The notes: generated from the sequence alone by a model not told the origin. Shown: positions 9,965 through 19,477, counted from the stretch's first letter. The stretch is 64,000 bases of DNA from an uncultured SAR86 cluster bacterium (GCA_902536295.1 CACAWS010000003.1:41606-105605); one strand, 5' to 3'. Numbers and translations are program-made.

Positions 9965-10927
9965 ATGAATTTTTTTAAAAAGAAACAAATTCTTTACCCA
10001 TCAATAGAGCCATATAATTCAGGCTTTATTAAAAGTGGAGTTCATGAAATCTATTTTGAAGAATGTGGCAATCCAAAAGGAAAACCCGCTGTTTTCCTTC
10101 ACGGCGGCCCTGGAGGAGGAGCAGGTAAATTCTCAAGGAGATTTTTTAATCCAAAAAAATACAGAATTGTCTTATTTGATCAAAGGGGATGTGGTAACAG
10201 TAAACCGCATGCGTGTTTGGAAAATAATACCACTTGGCATTTAGTACAGGACATAGAATCAATAAGAAAAAAATTAGAAATTGATAAATGGCTAGTATTT
10301 GGAGGATCTTGGGGAAGTACTTTAGCTTTGGCTTATGCTCAAAAACATCCTGAATGCGTATCAGAACTTGTTTTAAGAGGAATCTTTATGTTGAGAGAAA
10401 AAGAATTAAAATGGTTTTATCAATACGGAGCTAGTGAAATATATCCAGAAGCTTGGCAAGGATTTTTAAAAGAAATTGCCGAAGAAGATAGACATGACCT
10501 AATAGAAGCTTACCGAAAAATCTTCAACGGAGATGATGAAGAAAAAAAATTATCAGCTGCAAAAGCTTGGTCTAAGTGGGAAGCATCTACTAGTTTCATC
10601 AATCATAATCCTGATGCAGTCAAAGATTCAGTAGATGCAAGATTTGCTTTAGCTTTCGCCCAAATTGAAAATCACTACTTCATAAATAATGGCTTTCTGG
10701 ATCACGAAAATCAACTCTTGGAAAATATTGATTTAATCAGACATATTCCAACAGTTATCATTCAAGGAAGATATGACGTAGTTTGTCCGGCAACTACAGC
10801 TTATGAACTTCACTCGCTGTGGCCTGAATCTAAACTAAAAATAGCACCCTTCTCTGGGCATTCAGCATTTGAAAAAGAAATTTCAAATTTACTAATTGAA
10901 ACTACAGATAAATTTGCTAAAGATTAG
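9965..10927 (+). CDS. pip: prolyl aminopeptidase (proline iminopeptidase)
   Basis: Motifs FLHGGPGGG, LFDQRGCGNSKP and GGSWGSTLALAY (GxSxG nucleophile). The ORF-track start at 9887 lies inside the tRNA, so I use the ATG at 9965 (MNFFKKKQILYP). Confidence 0.9.
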   Translation: MNFFKKKQILYPSIEPYNSGFIKSGVHEIYFEECGNPKGKPAVFLHGGPGGGAGKFSRRFFNPKKYRIVLFDQRGCGNSKPHACLENNTTWHLVQDIESIRKKLEIDKWLVFGGSWGSTLALAYAQKHPECVSELVLRGIFMLREKELKWFYQYGASEIYPEAWQGFLKEIAEEDRHDLIEAYRKIFNGDDEEKKLSAAKAWSKWEASTSFINHNPDAVKDSVDARFALAFAQIENHYFINNGFLDHENQLLENIDLIRHIPTVIIQGRYDVVCPATTAYELHSLWPESKLKIAPFSGHSAFEKEISNLLIETTDKFAKD

Positions 10928-10982
10928 AAGATTGACAGATTTATAAAAATATAAATATCATTGTTTTAGTTTAGATTTACAA

Positions 10983-12209
10983 ATGTCAGAAAATTTATTA
11001 CTGAAAGGCATCAAAGTAATTGATGCGGCAAGCTTCATAGCTGGACCGGCTTCCACTACGATACTTTCTGACTTTGGAGCTGAAGTAATTAAGATTGAGC
11101 CACCAAAAATTGGAGACAGCTTAAGACATTTGATTATGAGAACGCGAAGAGTTAATCCGCAAAGTGAAAGGGATTATTGTTGGCATTTGACCTCAAGAAA
11201 CAAAAAAAGTTTAGCTTTAGATTTGAATTCCGAAAAAGGTCAAGAAATTTTAAAAGAATTAATTAAAGATACAGATGTGTTTGTAACTAATATGCCAGAA
11301 AAGACAAGGCAGAAGCTTAAAATTCGCGCTGAAGATCTTTTGCCTATGAACGATAGGTTGGTTTATGGTTCGCTTACAGGATATGGTGAAGATGGCGAAG
11401 ATTCTCATCGCACAGCTTTTGACGTTTTAGCATGGTGGGCTAGAAGTGGATTGATGGATGTTGTGAGACCTTCAGATAACTCATCTCCAGGTTCAATTCC
11501 TATCGGAATGGGAGATCAACCAAGCGGAGTTGCGCTATTTGCTAGCATCATGACAGCTTTATATAGAAGAGAAAAGACAGGAAAAGGTGGGGAAGTTTAT
11601 ACTTCTTTAATGGCTAATGGGGCCTGGTCCAACGGAAGTTATATCCAGGCGGGTTTATTTAATGCAGATTTTCCTGATCGTCAGATAGAAGCTCCTCTTC
11701 ATCCTTTCGGGGGAAGATATAAGACTAAAGACGGAAGATTTTTATTATTAGCGATTATTGATGCTGCTAAGGAATGGCCAAGATTTTTAAAAGCTATGAA
11801 TTTAGAATATTTAAATAAAGATGAAAAATTTTCTAGTTTTAAGAGTTTAAACTCAAATTTTCAAGATCTTTATAAAATCTTAGAAGATAAGTTTGCAAAA
11901 TATAATCTTTCGGAGGTTATTGATAAATTAAAAAATTCAGGAGTCACCTTTGGCTTCATGAATAAATCAAATGATCTTTCTGAAGATCAACAATTTTTAG
12001 ATAGTGAGGTTTTAATAAAATATGAAAATAAAGCTTTTGGAGATAATTCTTTGACCGTTAACAGTCCAGTCTTCTTAAAAAACGAACCAAAAAAAATTCC
12101 GGCAAAAGGACCAGATCTCGGAGAACATACGAAACAAATACTACTGAGTCTGGGCAAAAGTGAAGAGGACATAAAACAACTTAAAAAAGAAGGAATAATA
12201 GATTTCTAA
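10983..12209 (+). CDS. class III (CaiB/BaiF family) CoA-transferase
   Basis: The N-terminus reads GIKVIDAASFIAGPASTTILSDFGAEVIKIEPP, and a later GMGDQPSG region fits family III CoA-transferases. Confidence 0.85.
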   Translation: MSENLLLKGIKVIDAASFIAGPASTTILSDFGAEVIKIEPPKIGDSLRHLIMRTRRVNPQSERDYCWHLTSRNKKSLALDLNSEKGQEILKELIKDTDVFVTNMPEKTRQKLKIRAEDLLPMNDRLVYGSLTGYGEDGEDSHRTAFDVLAWWARSGLMDVVRPSDNSSPGSIPIGMGDQPSGVALFASIMTALYRREKTGKGGEVYTSLMANGAWSNGSYIQAGLFNADFPDRQIEAPLHPFGGRYKTKDGRFLLLAIIDAAKEWPRFLKAMNLEYLNKDEKFSSFKSLNSNFQDLYKILEDKFAKYNLSEVIDKLKNSGVTFGFMNKSNDLSEDQQFLDSEVLIKYENKAFGDNSLTVNSPVFLKNEPKKIPAKGPDLGEHTKQILLSLGKSEEDIKQLKKEGIIDF

Positions 12210-12809
12210 ATGAGCAGAAAACTTGAATATTTTTTTGACTGCAGCAGTCCTTGGACTTATCTTTCTTTTAGGGGAATTTTAGACTTAAGAAAAAATAAAG
12301 AATTTGAAATTATTTGGAAGCCGATATTAGTTGGAGGTATTTTCAATTCAACCAATCCAAGTGTTTACGAAAGCAGACAAAATCCAGTTAAAGAAAAATT
12401 GGAATACTATCAAAAAGATATGGCTGATTGGGCAATAGAAAGAAATATTCAATTCAATTGGCCAAAAATTTTTCCTATCAATAGCGTAAAGTCAATGCGT
12501 GGAAGTTTCTATTTTTTAGATAGAAATCAAAATATTGAAGAATATCTAGAAAGGGTTTTTAAAGCTTATTGGACTGAAGGAAAAGATATTTCAAACAATG
12601 ATTGTTTGAAAGAAATTGTTACTTCTTTATCAGTGTCAGCTGATGACTTCATAGAATTTATTGACTTGCCAGAGACTAAGCAGAGGCTTATCGATAACAC
12701 TCAGGAATTAATGGATCGTAACGGTTTTGGCTCTCCAACTTTCTTTTTAGACACAAAAGATATGTATTTCGGAAATGACAGAATTCAACTTATTAAAAAT
12801 AAGCTGTGA
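12210..12809 (+). CDS. 2-hydroxychromene-2-carboxylate isomerase family (DsbA-like thioredoxin fold) protein
   Basis: The N-terminus EYFFDCSSPWTYL and the C-terminal GSPTFFL...YFGNDR match the family. Its ATG directly abuts the TAA of the CoA-transferase (TAAATG). Confidence 0.75.
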   Translation: MSRKLEYFFDCSSPWTYLSFRGILDLRKNKEFEIIWKPILVGGIFNSTNPSVYESRQNPVKEKLEYYQKDMADWAIERNIQFNWPKIFPINSVKSMRGSFYFLDRNQNIEEYLERVFKAYWTEGKDISNNDCLKEIVTSLSVSADDFIEFIDLPETKQRLIDNTQELMDRNGFGSPTFFLDTKDMYFGNDRIQLIKNKL

Positions 12810-12812
12810 ACA

Positions 12813-13547
12813 TTACTCATTTTTCTTTTTCTTAGCCATTTCTTCGATACTTTTAGCGTCCTGTTTAAACATCGTTTTTAAACTTTCCTTGGAGATACCT
12901 TCGCCAAAGTTTCTTTCAGCCTTACCTACATCAATTCCTCTACGAACTGCGGGTCTAGATTTAATTACATCAAACCATCTTCTTACATTTTTAAAAATAT
13001 CTAAATCAACTTCATATCTTTTATAAGCAGTCACCCAAGGAAAAGATGCCATATCAGCTATAGAATAATCTCCAGCTAAAAATTCTCTTTCTTTTAGAAT
13101 CCTATCCATAACTCCTAATAGTCTATCGTATTCATTTTTATATCTCTCTTCTGAATAAGAATGATCGCCTGGAAAGTTTGGTGCGTAGTTTACAAAATGA
13201 CTAACTTGGCCGGCCATTGGGCCTAAACCCCCAACCTGCCAAAATAACCACTCTAACACTTTTTCCTTTTCTGGTGATTTTTGTGGAAAAAATTTTCCTG
13301 ATTTTTCTCCCAGATACATTAATATAGCGCCCGACTCAAAAATACTCATAGGTTCGCCATCGATAATATTTTCGTGATCCACTATAACGGGCATTCTATT
13401 ATTTGGGCTGATTTTTAAAAATTCTGGTGTGAATTGATCACCTTTACCTAAATTTACTGGAATTACGTTATAGTCCATTTCACATTCTTCCAGCATAATC
13501 GAAATTTTCCATCCATTTGGTGTCGGTGCGTAATATAGATCAATCAT
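12813..13547 (-). CDS. glutathione S-transferase, YfcG-like (Nu-class)
   Basis: The sequence MIDLYYAPTPNGWKISIMLEE...GDQFTPEFLKISPNNRMPVIVDH is close to the E. coli YfcG N-terminus. Confidence 0.85.
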   Translation of the reverse strand: MIDLYYAPTPNGWKISIMLEECEMDYNVIPVNLGKGDQFTPEFLKISPNNRMPVIVDHENIIDGEPMSIFESGAILMYLGEKSGKFFPQKSPEKEKVLEWLFWQVGGLGPMAGQVSHFVNYAPNFPGDHSYSEERYKNEYDRLLGVMDRILKEREFLAGDYSIADMASFPWVTAYKRYEVDLDIFKNVRRWFDVIKSRPAVRRGIDVGKAERNFGEGISKESLKTMFKQDAKSIEEMAKKKKNE

Positions 13548-13575
13548 TTTAAGTTTATTTTATCAATAGTGTATT

Positions 13576-14631
13576 ATGCATGAGCTAATGAAGTTCTTTG
13601 CCCCTTTTGTTATCTTTTTTTCATGTTGCTTATTTTGTGACGATACTCCTATTTCGCACGCTCCAATCGGAGTAATGGGCGATCACACCCATCAAAAGGA
13701 TGAAATTATGATTTCATTAAGAATCGCCTCAATGAAAATGAGAGGAAACTTATTGGGAAGTAATGTCATTAATGATAACCAAATTCTTGAATTACCCAAT
13801 CCAAATGTTGGCATGCCTAATGCTCCTGCTAACTTAAGTATTGTTCCTAAAGAAATGGACATGAAAATGTTTATGTTAGGCGGAATGCTTGCGGTCACAG
13901 ATAAAGTGACTTTAATGGGCATGATGATGTTTCAAGAATTAAATATGAACTCAAATACTTTTCAAGGAATGATGGGGAGAAACTTACTAGGCTCCTTTAA
14001 TCTTTCATCCGAAGCCCTCTCCCAGATTTCACTTTTTGGGTTAGTTGACATTCATAAGAGTAATTTAGAAAAGACAATTTTTAGTATAGGTATTGTTAAA
14101 TCAATTGGGCCAAATGACAAAATGGGTAATATTTTGACTCCAATGAATACACGAATAGATGTGATCATGCCTTATGGTATGCAAGGTTCTGATAAATCAA
14201 CAAAGTTGAGTGTCGGTTATACCTATAAAAAGTTTTATGACCTTAGTTCTATTGGCGTTCAAGTTAAAACAAAATTAAATATTGAAAAGAAAAATTGGGC
14301 GTTTGGAAATAAATATGAGTCCTCTGTCTGGTGGCAGCAACTAATAAATGAAAATTTTGCATGGTCCTTGAGATACAAAATTTCCAAGGAAGAAAGTATT
14401 GAAGGTGGTGACTCTCGAATTTTCGGACCTGTTCAAACTGCAAATCCATACAATTATGGTGGATTAAATTCTCACTTAGGAATTGGCGTGAATACTACCT
14501 TTCATTTGTTCCAGAGCGAGCATTCAGATAGATTAGCTCTTGAATTGCTAATTCCTGTAAACCAAAATAAAAATAATTTACAAATGCAAAACAAAAATAA
14601 AGTAATTATTGGTTATCAAAAAGCTTTTTGA
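13576..14631 (+). CDS. putative outer-membrane beta-barrel protein with His- and Met-rich N-terminal region
   Basis: It has a signal-peptide-like start, the motif SHAPIGVMGDHTHQKDE, and 17 Met between residues 34 and 133. Amphipathic strands alternate along the sequence and the C-terminus ...IIGYQKAF ends in an aromatic residue. Confidence 0.55.
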   Translation: MHELMKFFAPFVIFFSCCLFCDDTPISHAPIGVMGDHTHQKDEIMISLRIASMKMRGNLLGSNVINDNQILELPNPNVGMPNAPANLSIVPKEMDMKMFMLGGMLAVTDKVTLMGMMMFQELNMNSNTFQGMMGRNLLGSFNLSSEALSQISLFGLVDIHKSNLEKTIFSIGIVKSIGPNDKMGNILTPMNTRIDVIMPYGMQGSDKSTKLSVGYTYKKFYDLSSIGVQVKTKLNIEKKNWAFGNKYESSVWWQQLINENFAWSLRYKISKEESIEGGDSRIFGPVQTANPYNYGGLNSHLGIGVNTTFHLFQSEHSDRLALELLIPVNQNKNNLQMQNKNKVIIGYQKAF

Positions 14632-14694
14632 ATATATTTATTAGTTGCTTAGAGCAAAAATTGCATTATCATTTAGTTTGTTTCAGGGAGAGAA

Positions 14695-17190
14695 ATGAAT
14701 CTTAGATTTATATTAATATTTTTTATTGTATTTCCTTTGGCAGGATATACTCAATCTGAAGCTAATTCATTTAGTAATTTAGCTGAAGAAGTTATTGTCA
14801 CAGCAAGAAAAAGAGAAGAAAACTCACAATCGGTTCCCATTTCAATTTCTGCTTACACTGGAGAGACAATCGAGCAGATTGGTATCTATACATATGAAGA
14901 TTTAGATAGAATTTCACCTAATCTGCAAGTGATTAAAAACGGTGCTTTTGGAACTGCAGCAGTAACAATCAGAGGTGTTGGCGGCAGCGGTATTTCAGTT
15001 ACATCTGAATCTCAAGCTGCGACTTATGTCGATGGAGTCTATGTTCCTCGCACGCAAGGAAATTTTCTAGATCTATGGGACCTTGAAAGAGTTGAGGTGC
15101 TAAAAGGTCCGCAAGGAACTTTGTTTGGAAAAAACTCAACTGTTGGAGCTGTTTCTTTCTTTTACAATAAACCTAACTTCGATTCTCAAAATTACAAAAT
15201 GAGAGTTGGGGTAGGATCGGATTCAAGAAATGAACTAGCTCTTATGGCTAATCTTCCCGTTTCAGATTTAACGTCCCTCAGGTTTTCATACAGTCAGGAA
15301 AAACAAGATGGCTATATTTACAACACTACCCGTAACGAGTTTTCAGGAGCAATCGATGCTGAAACGATTAGACTTTCTGGAGTCCATAAGTTTTCAAATG
15401 ATTTAGATATTTTCTTTTCGCATGTCAATTACAATAGAGATGGAAACAGAGTTCTTGGGGCTTGTGAGGTAGTAGCCCATCCTTTGAATGGAATAGGAGC
15501 AGCAGGTATTAACGGCTCAGCTTTTATGGGGCTTGCTTTTGTTGCAGATCCTACACTTGCTGCGGCAATACAAGCGAATTGCAATTCTAGTGTACCGGGT
15601 GTAAGCGGGACATCAATAACAAGTCCTCGTGTAGATGATAATTTAAAAAGAACCACTGTTGACGCTACTTACAAATCAAAATTTGGAGAATTAAAATTAA
15701 TTTTTAATCATTCCGACCTAGAATCGCTTAATGGCAGCCTAGGGTTAAGTGTTAATGGAAATAGACCGCCTAACGCTCTACCAGCTGGAGGACAAACTTC
15801 GGCATCTTATCTGGATCCTAGGGACATTGTTAACAATGCAACTTCAAATCAAATAGAATTAAGATGGTCGGGCAAAGCCTTTAATGAAAAACTAGATTTC
15901 GTTGTTGGTGTTTACACTTTTGATGAATCCGGTATTAACCAGCTGGATACTATGTATTTTGACGGGGTTGGAACAGACGAAACTCAAAACACTGTTAATG
16001 CAAGAGCCAATGAGATTCATGCAGCTACTTTTGGTGCACTAGGGAATGACTGTGATAATCCAGGAACAAACTTAACTGTAATTCAACTGTGTTCAACTGT
16101 TCAAAGTTTGCAAGCTCTCAGTTCACAACAAACTACTTTTGCAGAAAATAAGTCTGACGCGTTCTTTTTTGAAGGAACTTATGCGATTAATCCGGACACA
16201 AACATTACTTTTGGTTATAGATTTACCACCGATGATAAAATGGTTCAGACTTATTCTGATGCGATTATTCCTGGACTAAGTAATGGTTTTGGAGGATTAA
16301 GATCTCCTGCTGCAGGAGCATGTACCCAAACTTTTAATGCTGGAACAACGATTGACTTTGGTCCATTTGGAACTTTTCAAAAAAACGCTTTCTGTAAAGG
16401 TATCGAAGAATTTGAAAATGACTCGTTTAGGCTTGCATTGGATTATACCTTGCCTAACGGATCTCTTTTATATGCTTCATATGCAAAAGGATTTGCATCT
16501 GGCGGATTTAATAATGATGATAGGGTTTCCGCGTTTCCTGCCGAAACTGCAGATAACTACGAAATTGGCACAAAAGGAGTTTATTTGGACGGTAAACTGC
16601 AAGTAAACGCTAATATCTTTATTTTTGATTATATTAATAACCAAAGAAGTATCGCAAGAATAGATCCGAACAGCGGCGCAGCCTCAATTGCTACCGTGCC
16701 TATCCAAAAGGCTGAGGTTGATGGATATGAAATTGAAATGAAAGCCTTTATAAATGATTATTTTTCATTTCTCATATCAAGAGGCGCTTATGGAGGAAAA
16801 TATAAAGAATTTGTAGATGATAATGGAAATGACTTAACTGGATATGCTTATGATGCTGAAGGTCCCGAATCTAGAACTAATATTACTCTGTTTAATAACT
16901 TTTCTTTTAATTCTAAAACTATTTCCTCTTCGTTAAGTTGGACTCACGTTGGAGACGATTTTACCACTACAGAATTATATGATTATTCTCAATTACATAA
17001 TTATTCAACTCTTGATTTTACCTCCAGCATTCAAATTTCTGATTCTCAAACATTGACCTTAGTCGGCAAGAATATAACTGATGAACTTTATGGCTACGCG
17101 CAGTTTGGAGATCCTATTCTAGCAAGCATTCAAACTACTTATTATGCTCCTGGTGAAGAATGGAAATTGACTTATCAACAGTCTTTTTAA
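14695..17190 (+). CDS. TonB-dependent receptor
   Basis: It has a signal peptide, a TonB-box/plug region (EEVIVTARKREENSQSVPISISAY), the motif VEVLKGPQGTLFGKNSTVGAVSF, and a C-terminal ...TYQQSF. Confidence 0.92.
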   Translation: MNLRFILIFFIVFPLAGYTQSEANSFSNLAEEVIVTARKREENSQSVPISISAYTGETIEQIGIYTYEDLDRISPNLQVIKNGAFGTAAVTIRGVGGSGISVTSESQAATYVDGVYVPRTQGNFLDLWDLERVEVLKGPQGTLFGKNSTVGAVSFFYNKPNFDSQNYKMRVGVGSDSRNELALMANLPVSDLTSLRFSYSQEKQDGYIYNTTRNEFSGAIDAETIRLSGVHKFSNDLDIFFSHVNYNRDGNRVLGACEVVAHPLNGIGAAGINGSAFMGLAFVADPTLAAAIQANCNSSVPGVSGTSITSPRVDDNLKRTTVDATYKSKFGELKLIFNHSDLESLNGSLGLSVNGNRPPNALPAGGQTSASYLDPRDIVNNATSNQIELRWSGKAFNEKLDFVVGVYTFDESGINQLDTMYFDGVGTDETQNTVNARANEIHAATFGALGNDCDNPGTNLTVIQLCSTVQSLQALSSQQTTFAENKSDAFFFEGTYAINPDTNITFGYRFTTDDKMVQTYSDAIIPGLSNGFGGLRSPAAGACTQTFNAGTTIDFGPFGTFQKNAFCKGIEEFENDSFRLALDYTLPNGSLLYASYAKGFASGGFNNDDRVSAFPAETADNYEIGTKGVYLDGKLQVNANIFIFDYINNQRSIARIDPNSGAASIATVPIQKAEVDGYEIEMKAFINDYFSFLISRGAYGGKYKEFVDDNGNDLTGYAYDAEGPESRTNITLFNNFSFNSKTISSSLSWTHVGDDFTTTELYDYSQLHNYSTLDFTSSIQISDSQTLTLVGKNITDELYGYAQFGDPILASIQTTYYAPGEEWKLTYQQSF

Positions 17191-17192
17191 AA

Positions 17193-17834
17193 TTATCGTT
17201 TTAAAAACTTTGTATAAGTCCAATAAAAGATTGCAGGTAGAATAGCTACGCCTACAAAAGCTAAAGCTGCTGAATTTGCTTCCATAGCAGCCGCACCTAT
17301 ACCAGAAAATACAATAGCAACTCCTACGTTTACCAAACTAACCACAAAAATAAATTTAAGAAAGGACATTTTGGCCAATCCCGCACTTATGGTCAAAAGT
17401 TCCGCAAAAGCTGGCACAGGTCTTGAGAGAATTAAGCCCAAAATACTGAAATTCTTAAGAGATTTTTCAGCCTTATTAAAGTCACTTTCACTAATCATTT
17501 TTTGGGCCAATGGCCTTGCAGCAAAACGACCTAGGAAATAACCTACACAAGCTCCTAAATTTAACCCAACCCAAACTACAAAAGATGCTGCCGCCCATCC
17601 CAAAGAAACTCCGGCTAAAGTATTAGTCAACCCATTAGGTACCGGCAAAATTACATCAGCTGTAAGAGCAACAATCACGACTAAAGACACTAATAACTCG
17701 TTATCCCCTGCCCAATTCAACGCAATTTCTCCATATTTTGAAAGTGGACTCTCAAAAAGTATTAAGGGCAAGATAAGAGAAGTAAAAACTATAACTCCAA
17801 AAATAGTCCATCTCAGCCATAAAGACAATTTCAT
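17193..17834 (-). CDS. TVP38/TMEM64 (DedA-superfamily, SNARE-associated) inner-membrane protein
   Basis: It is a polytopic membrane protein. The stretch PVPNGLTNTLAGVSLG...GACVGYFLGRF fits the TVP38/DedA core. Its start overlaps the sulfatase stop (ATGA at 17831-17834). Confidence 0.75.
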   Translation of the reverse strand: MKLSLWLRWTIFGVIVFTSLILPLILFESPLSKYGEIALNWAGDNELLVSLVVIVALTADVILPVPNGLTNTLAGVSLGWAAASFVVWVGLNLGACVGYFLGRFAARPLAQKMISESDFNKAEKSLKNFSILGLILSRPVPAFAELLTISAGLAKMSFLKFIFVVSLVNVGVAIVFSGIGAAAMEANSAALAFVGVAILPAIFYWTYTKFLKR

Positions 17835-19390
17835 GATTTTCTTATGAATTTAAAAAATATGACTGATGTCAAAATAATTACTAGAAGAGCCAATAAATAC
17901 TCCTTAAAAGCTAAAATTAAAATCCAAATTGTAATAAGAATTGACAAAAATATTGAAGGTGGAGGGTTTAATTCGTAATCGCCTTCTAACCAAGGAGAGC
18001 CTAATTCAGTGCCTCCCTGCCTATCATCGCCATGAAGATAGGAATGAGCTGGGTTCATATCACCCACAACATCTTTTTCTGGTAATGAAGTAAGAATTTT
18101 TTTCATGCTTTCAAAGATCTCGGGTTCGTTTTCAGATAAATCATTAGTTTCAAAGGGATCTTCAATAATGTTGAATAAACTATACGATGGTGACACCGGA
18201 ATTAATTGAGGTTTTGCTGAATATAGCTTCCATTCCCCATCAAACAAAGCCCTTTCGTCTGAAATAACTCTTGCCCCAACAAGAGCATTAATTGGTGGGG
18301 TAATTTCGTTTGTTATTAAATTCTTCCATTTATCTCTGCCGTCAAATTTAGCATTATCTACTTCTATATCTACCGCGGTTAAAAGAGTTGGTAATAAATC
18401 TTGCACAAAAAAGAATTGTTCAGATTTTGAGTTTTCTATTTTTCCTTTCCACCAAATTACTGCAGGAACTCTTATTCCTCCTTCAAGAGCTGAAACTTTA
18501 CTGCCTCTCAATCCAGCCGTACTTCCTCTGGCATTTACTAAATTAGGAGCAATGACTTTGACTATTGGATCTATATCGAAAACTGGACCGTTATCGCTAA
18601 AGAAAATAATGATTGTCTCTTTTAGTATCCCTTTATTTTCTATAGCTTTAATTATCCTCCCTATTTCATGGTCTAAGGCATTTACATTTGCAGCGTATAC
18701 CCTATCTTTTTTATCTTCTAAATAAGAAAAAGATTCAATATTTTTATCTGGGGCTTGTATTGGTGTATGCGGTGCATTGAAAGCAATATATAAAAATAAG
18801 GGTCTATTTTTATCTTTATTTTCAATGATATTTATAGCTTCATTGGCAATTAACTCAGTTGAATACCCTTCCTCGACTAACGATTTTTCATTTCTATGCC
18901 AATCTAATCGACCAGCTGCCGTATGATCAAAATAACCTATGCCACCTGTCAAATGTCCATAACTTGTTTCAAAACCTCTGTTGGTTGGTAAAAATTTTTC
19001 ATTAGCCATACCAAGATGCCACTTTCCAGACAAGGCAGTTTGATAACCCGCCTCTTTAAGGTACTGCGGCATAATTTTTATTTCTGGTGGCATACCTGTT
19101 TGTTCGGCTGCCGGATTCATAAAGGGTCGTACAACCCCATGGTTGAAAATGTGAAGTCCAGTCAATAATGACGCCCTGGTAGGACTGCAGACTGGATTGG
19201 CATAAAACCTATTCATTTCCATTCCATCTTGGGCTAATTGATCGATGTTTGGGGTTGGAATATAGCCTCCATGATAAGAGACGTCTCCCCAGCCAAGATC
19301 GTCAGTTAAAATAATTATTATATTGGGCCTCTCGTTAGCTTTTAACCAACTTGATACAAGAGCGATTATTAAAAGAAAAAAAATTTTCAT
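17831..19390 (-). CDS. Cys-type sulfatase (arylsulfatase B-like) with C-terminal transmembrane anchor
   Basis: It has a signal peptide (MKIFFLLIIALVSSW), LTDDLGWGD, the formylglycine motif CSPTRASLLTG and GKWHLGM. The hydrophobic C-terminus reads IFLSILITIWILILAF...LLALLVIILTSVIFF. Confidence 0.88.
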   Translation of the reverse strand: MKIFFLLIIALVSSWLKANERPNIIIILTDDLGWGDVSYHGGYIPTPNIDQLAQDGMEMNRFYANPVCSPTRASLLTGLHIFNHGVVRPFMNPAAEQTGMPPEIKIMPQYLKEAGYQTALSGKWHLGMANEKFLPTNRGFETSYGHLTGGIGYFDHTAAGRLDWHRNEKSLVEEGYSTELIANEAINIIENKDKNRPLFLYIAFNAPHTPIQAPDKNIESFSYLEDKKDRVYAANVNALDHEIGRIIKAIENKGILKETIIIFFSDNGPVFDIDPIVKVIAPNLVNARGSTAGLRGSKVSALEGGIRVPAVIWWKGKIENSKSEQFFFVQDLLPTLLTAVDIEVDNAKFDGRDKWKNLITNEITPPINALVGARVISDERALFDGEWKLYSAKPQLIPVSPSYSLFNIIEDPFETNDLSENEPEIFESMKKILTSLPEKDVVGDMNPAHSYLHGDDRQGGTELGSPWLEGDYELNPPPSIFLSILITIWILILAFKEYLLALLVIILTSVIFFKFIRKS

Positions 19391-19403
19391 TTATCTTAGA
19401 TAA
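19391..19403. repeat. perfect 6-1-6 inverted repeat TTATCT-T-AGATAA abutting the sulfatase start codon (candidate operator)
   Basis: Read directly from the sequence. The structure is certain; a regulatory role is inference. Confidence 0.4.
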
Positions 19404-19436
19404 TTGGCTTAAGAAATCTTCTCCAGGAAGTGCTAT

Positions 19437-19451
19437 TCTAACAAAGTTAGA
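19437..19451. repeat. perfect 6-3-6 inverted repeat TCTAAC-AAA-GTTAGA, 27-41 nt upstream of the regulator ATG (candidate operator)
   Basis: Read directly from the sequence. It shares an 87-nt divergent intergenic region with the 19391-19403 dyad. Confidence 0.4.
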
Positions 19452-19477
19452 CATAACATTTAATTTTTTCGATCTTT

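Noticed and set aside
14645-14657. Hairpin TTGCT-TAG-AGCAA after the outer-membrane protein gene, as a possible terminator
   Set aside because: The stem is only 5 bp, the loop is 3 nt and no T-run follows. This is too weak to call.
14658-14676. Fur-box-like sequence AAATTGCATTATCATTTAG upstream of the first TonB-dependent receptor (also GATAAGATAAT at 22636-22646 near the second)
   Set aside because: Only about 10 of 19 positions match the classical Fur consensus, with one good half-site (ATTATCATT). In DNA this AT-rich, that is within chance expectation. It needs a PWM score before being believed.
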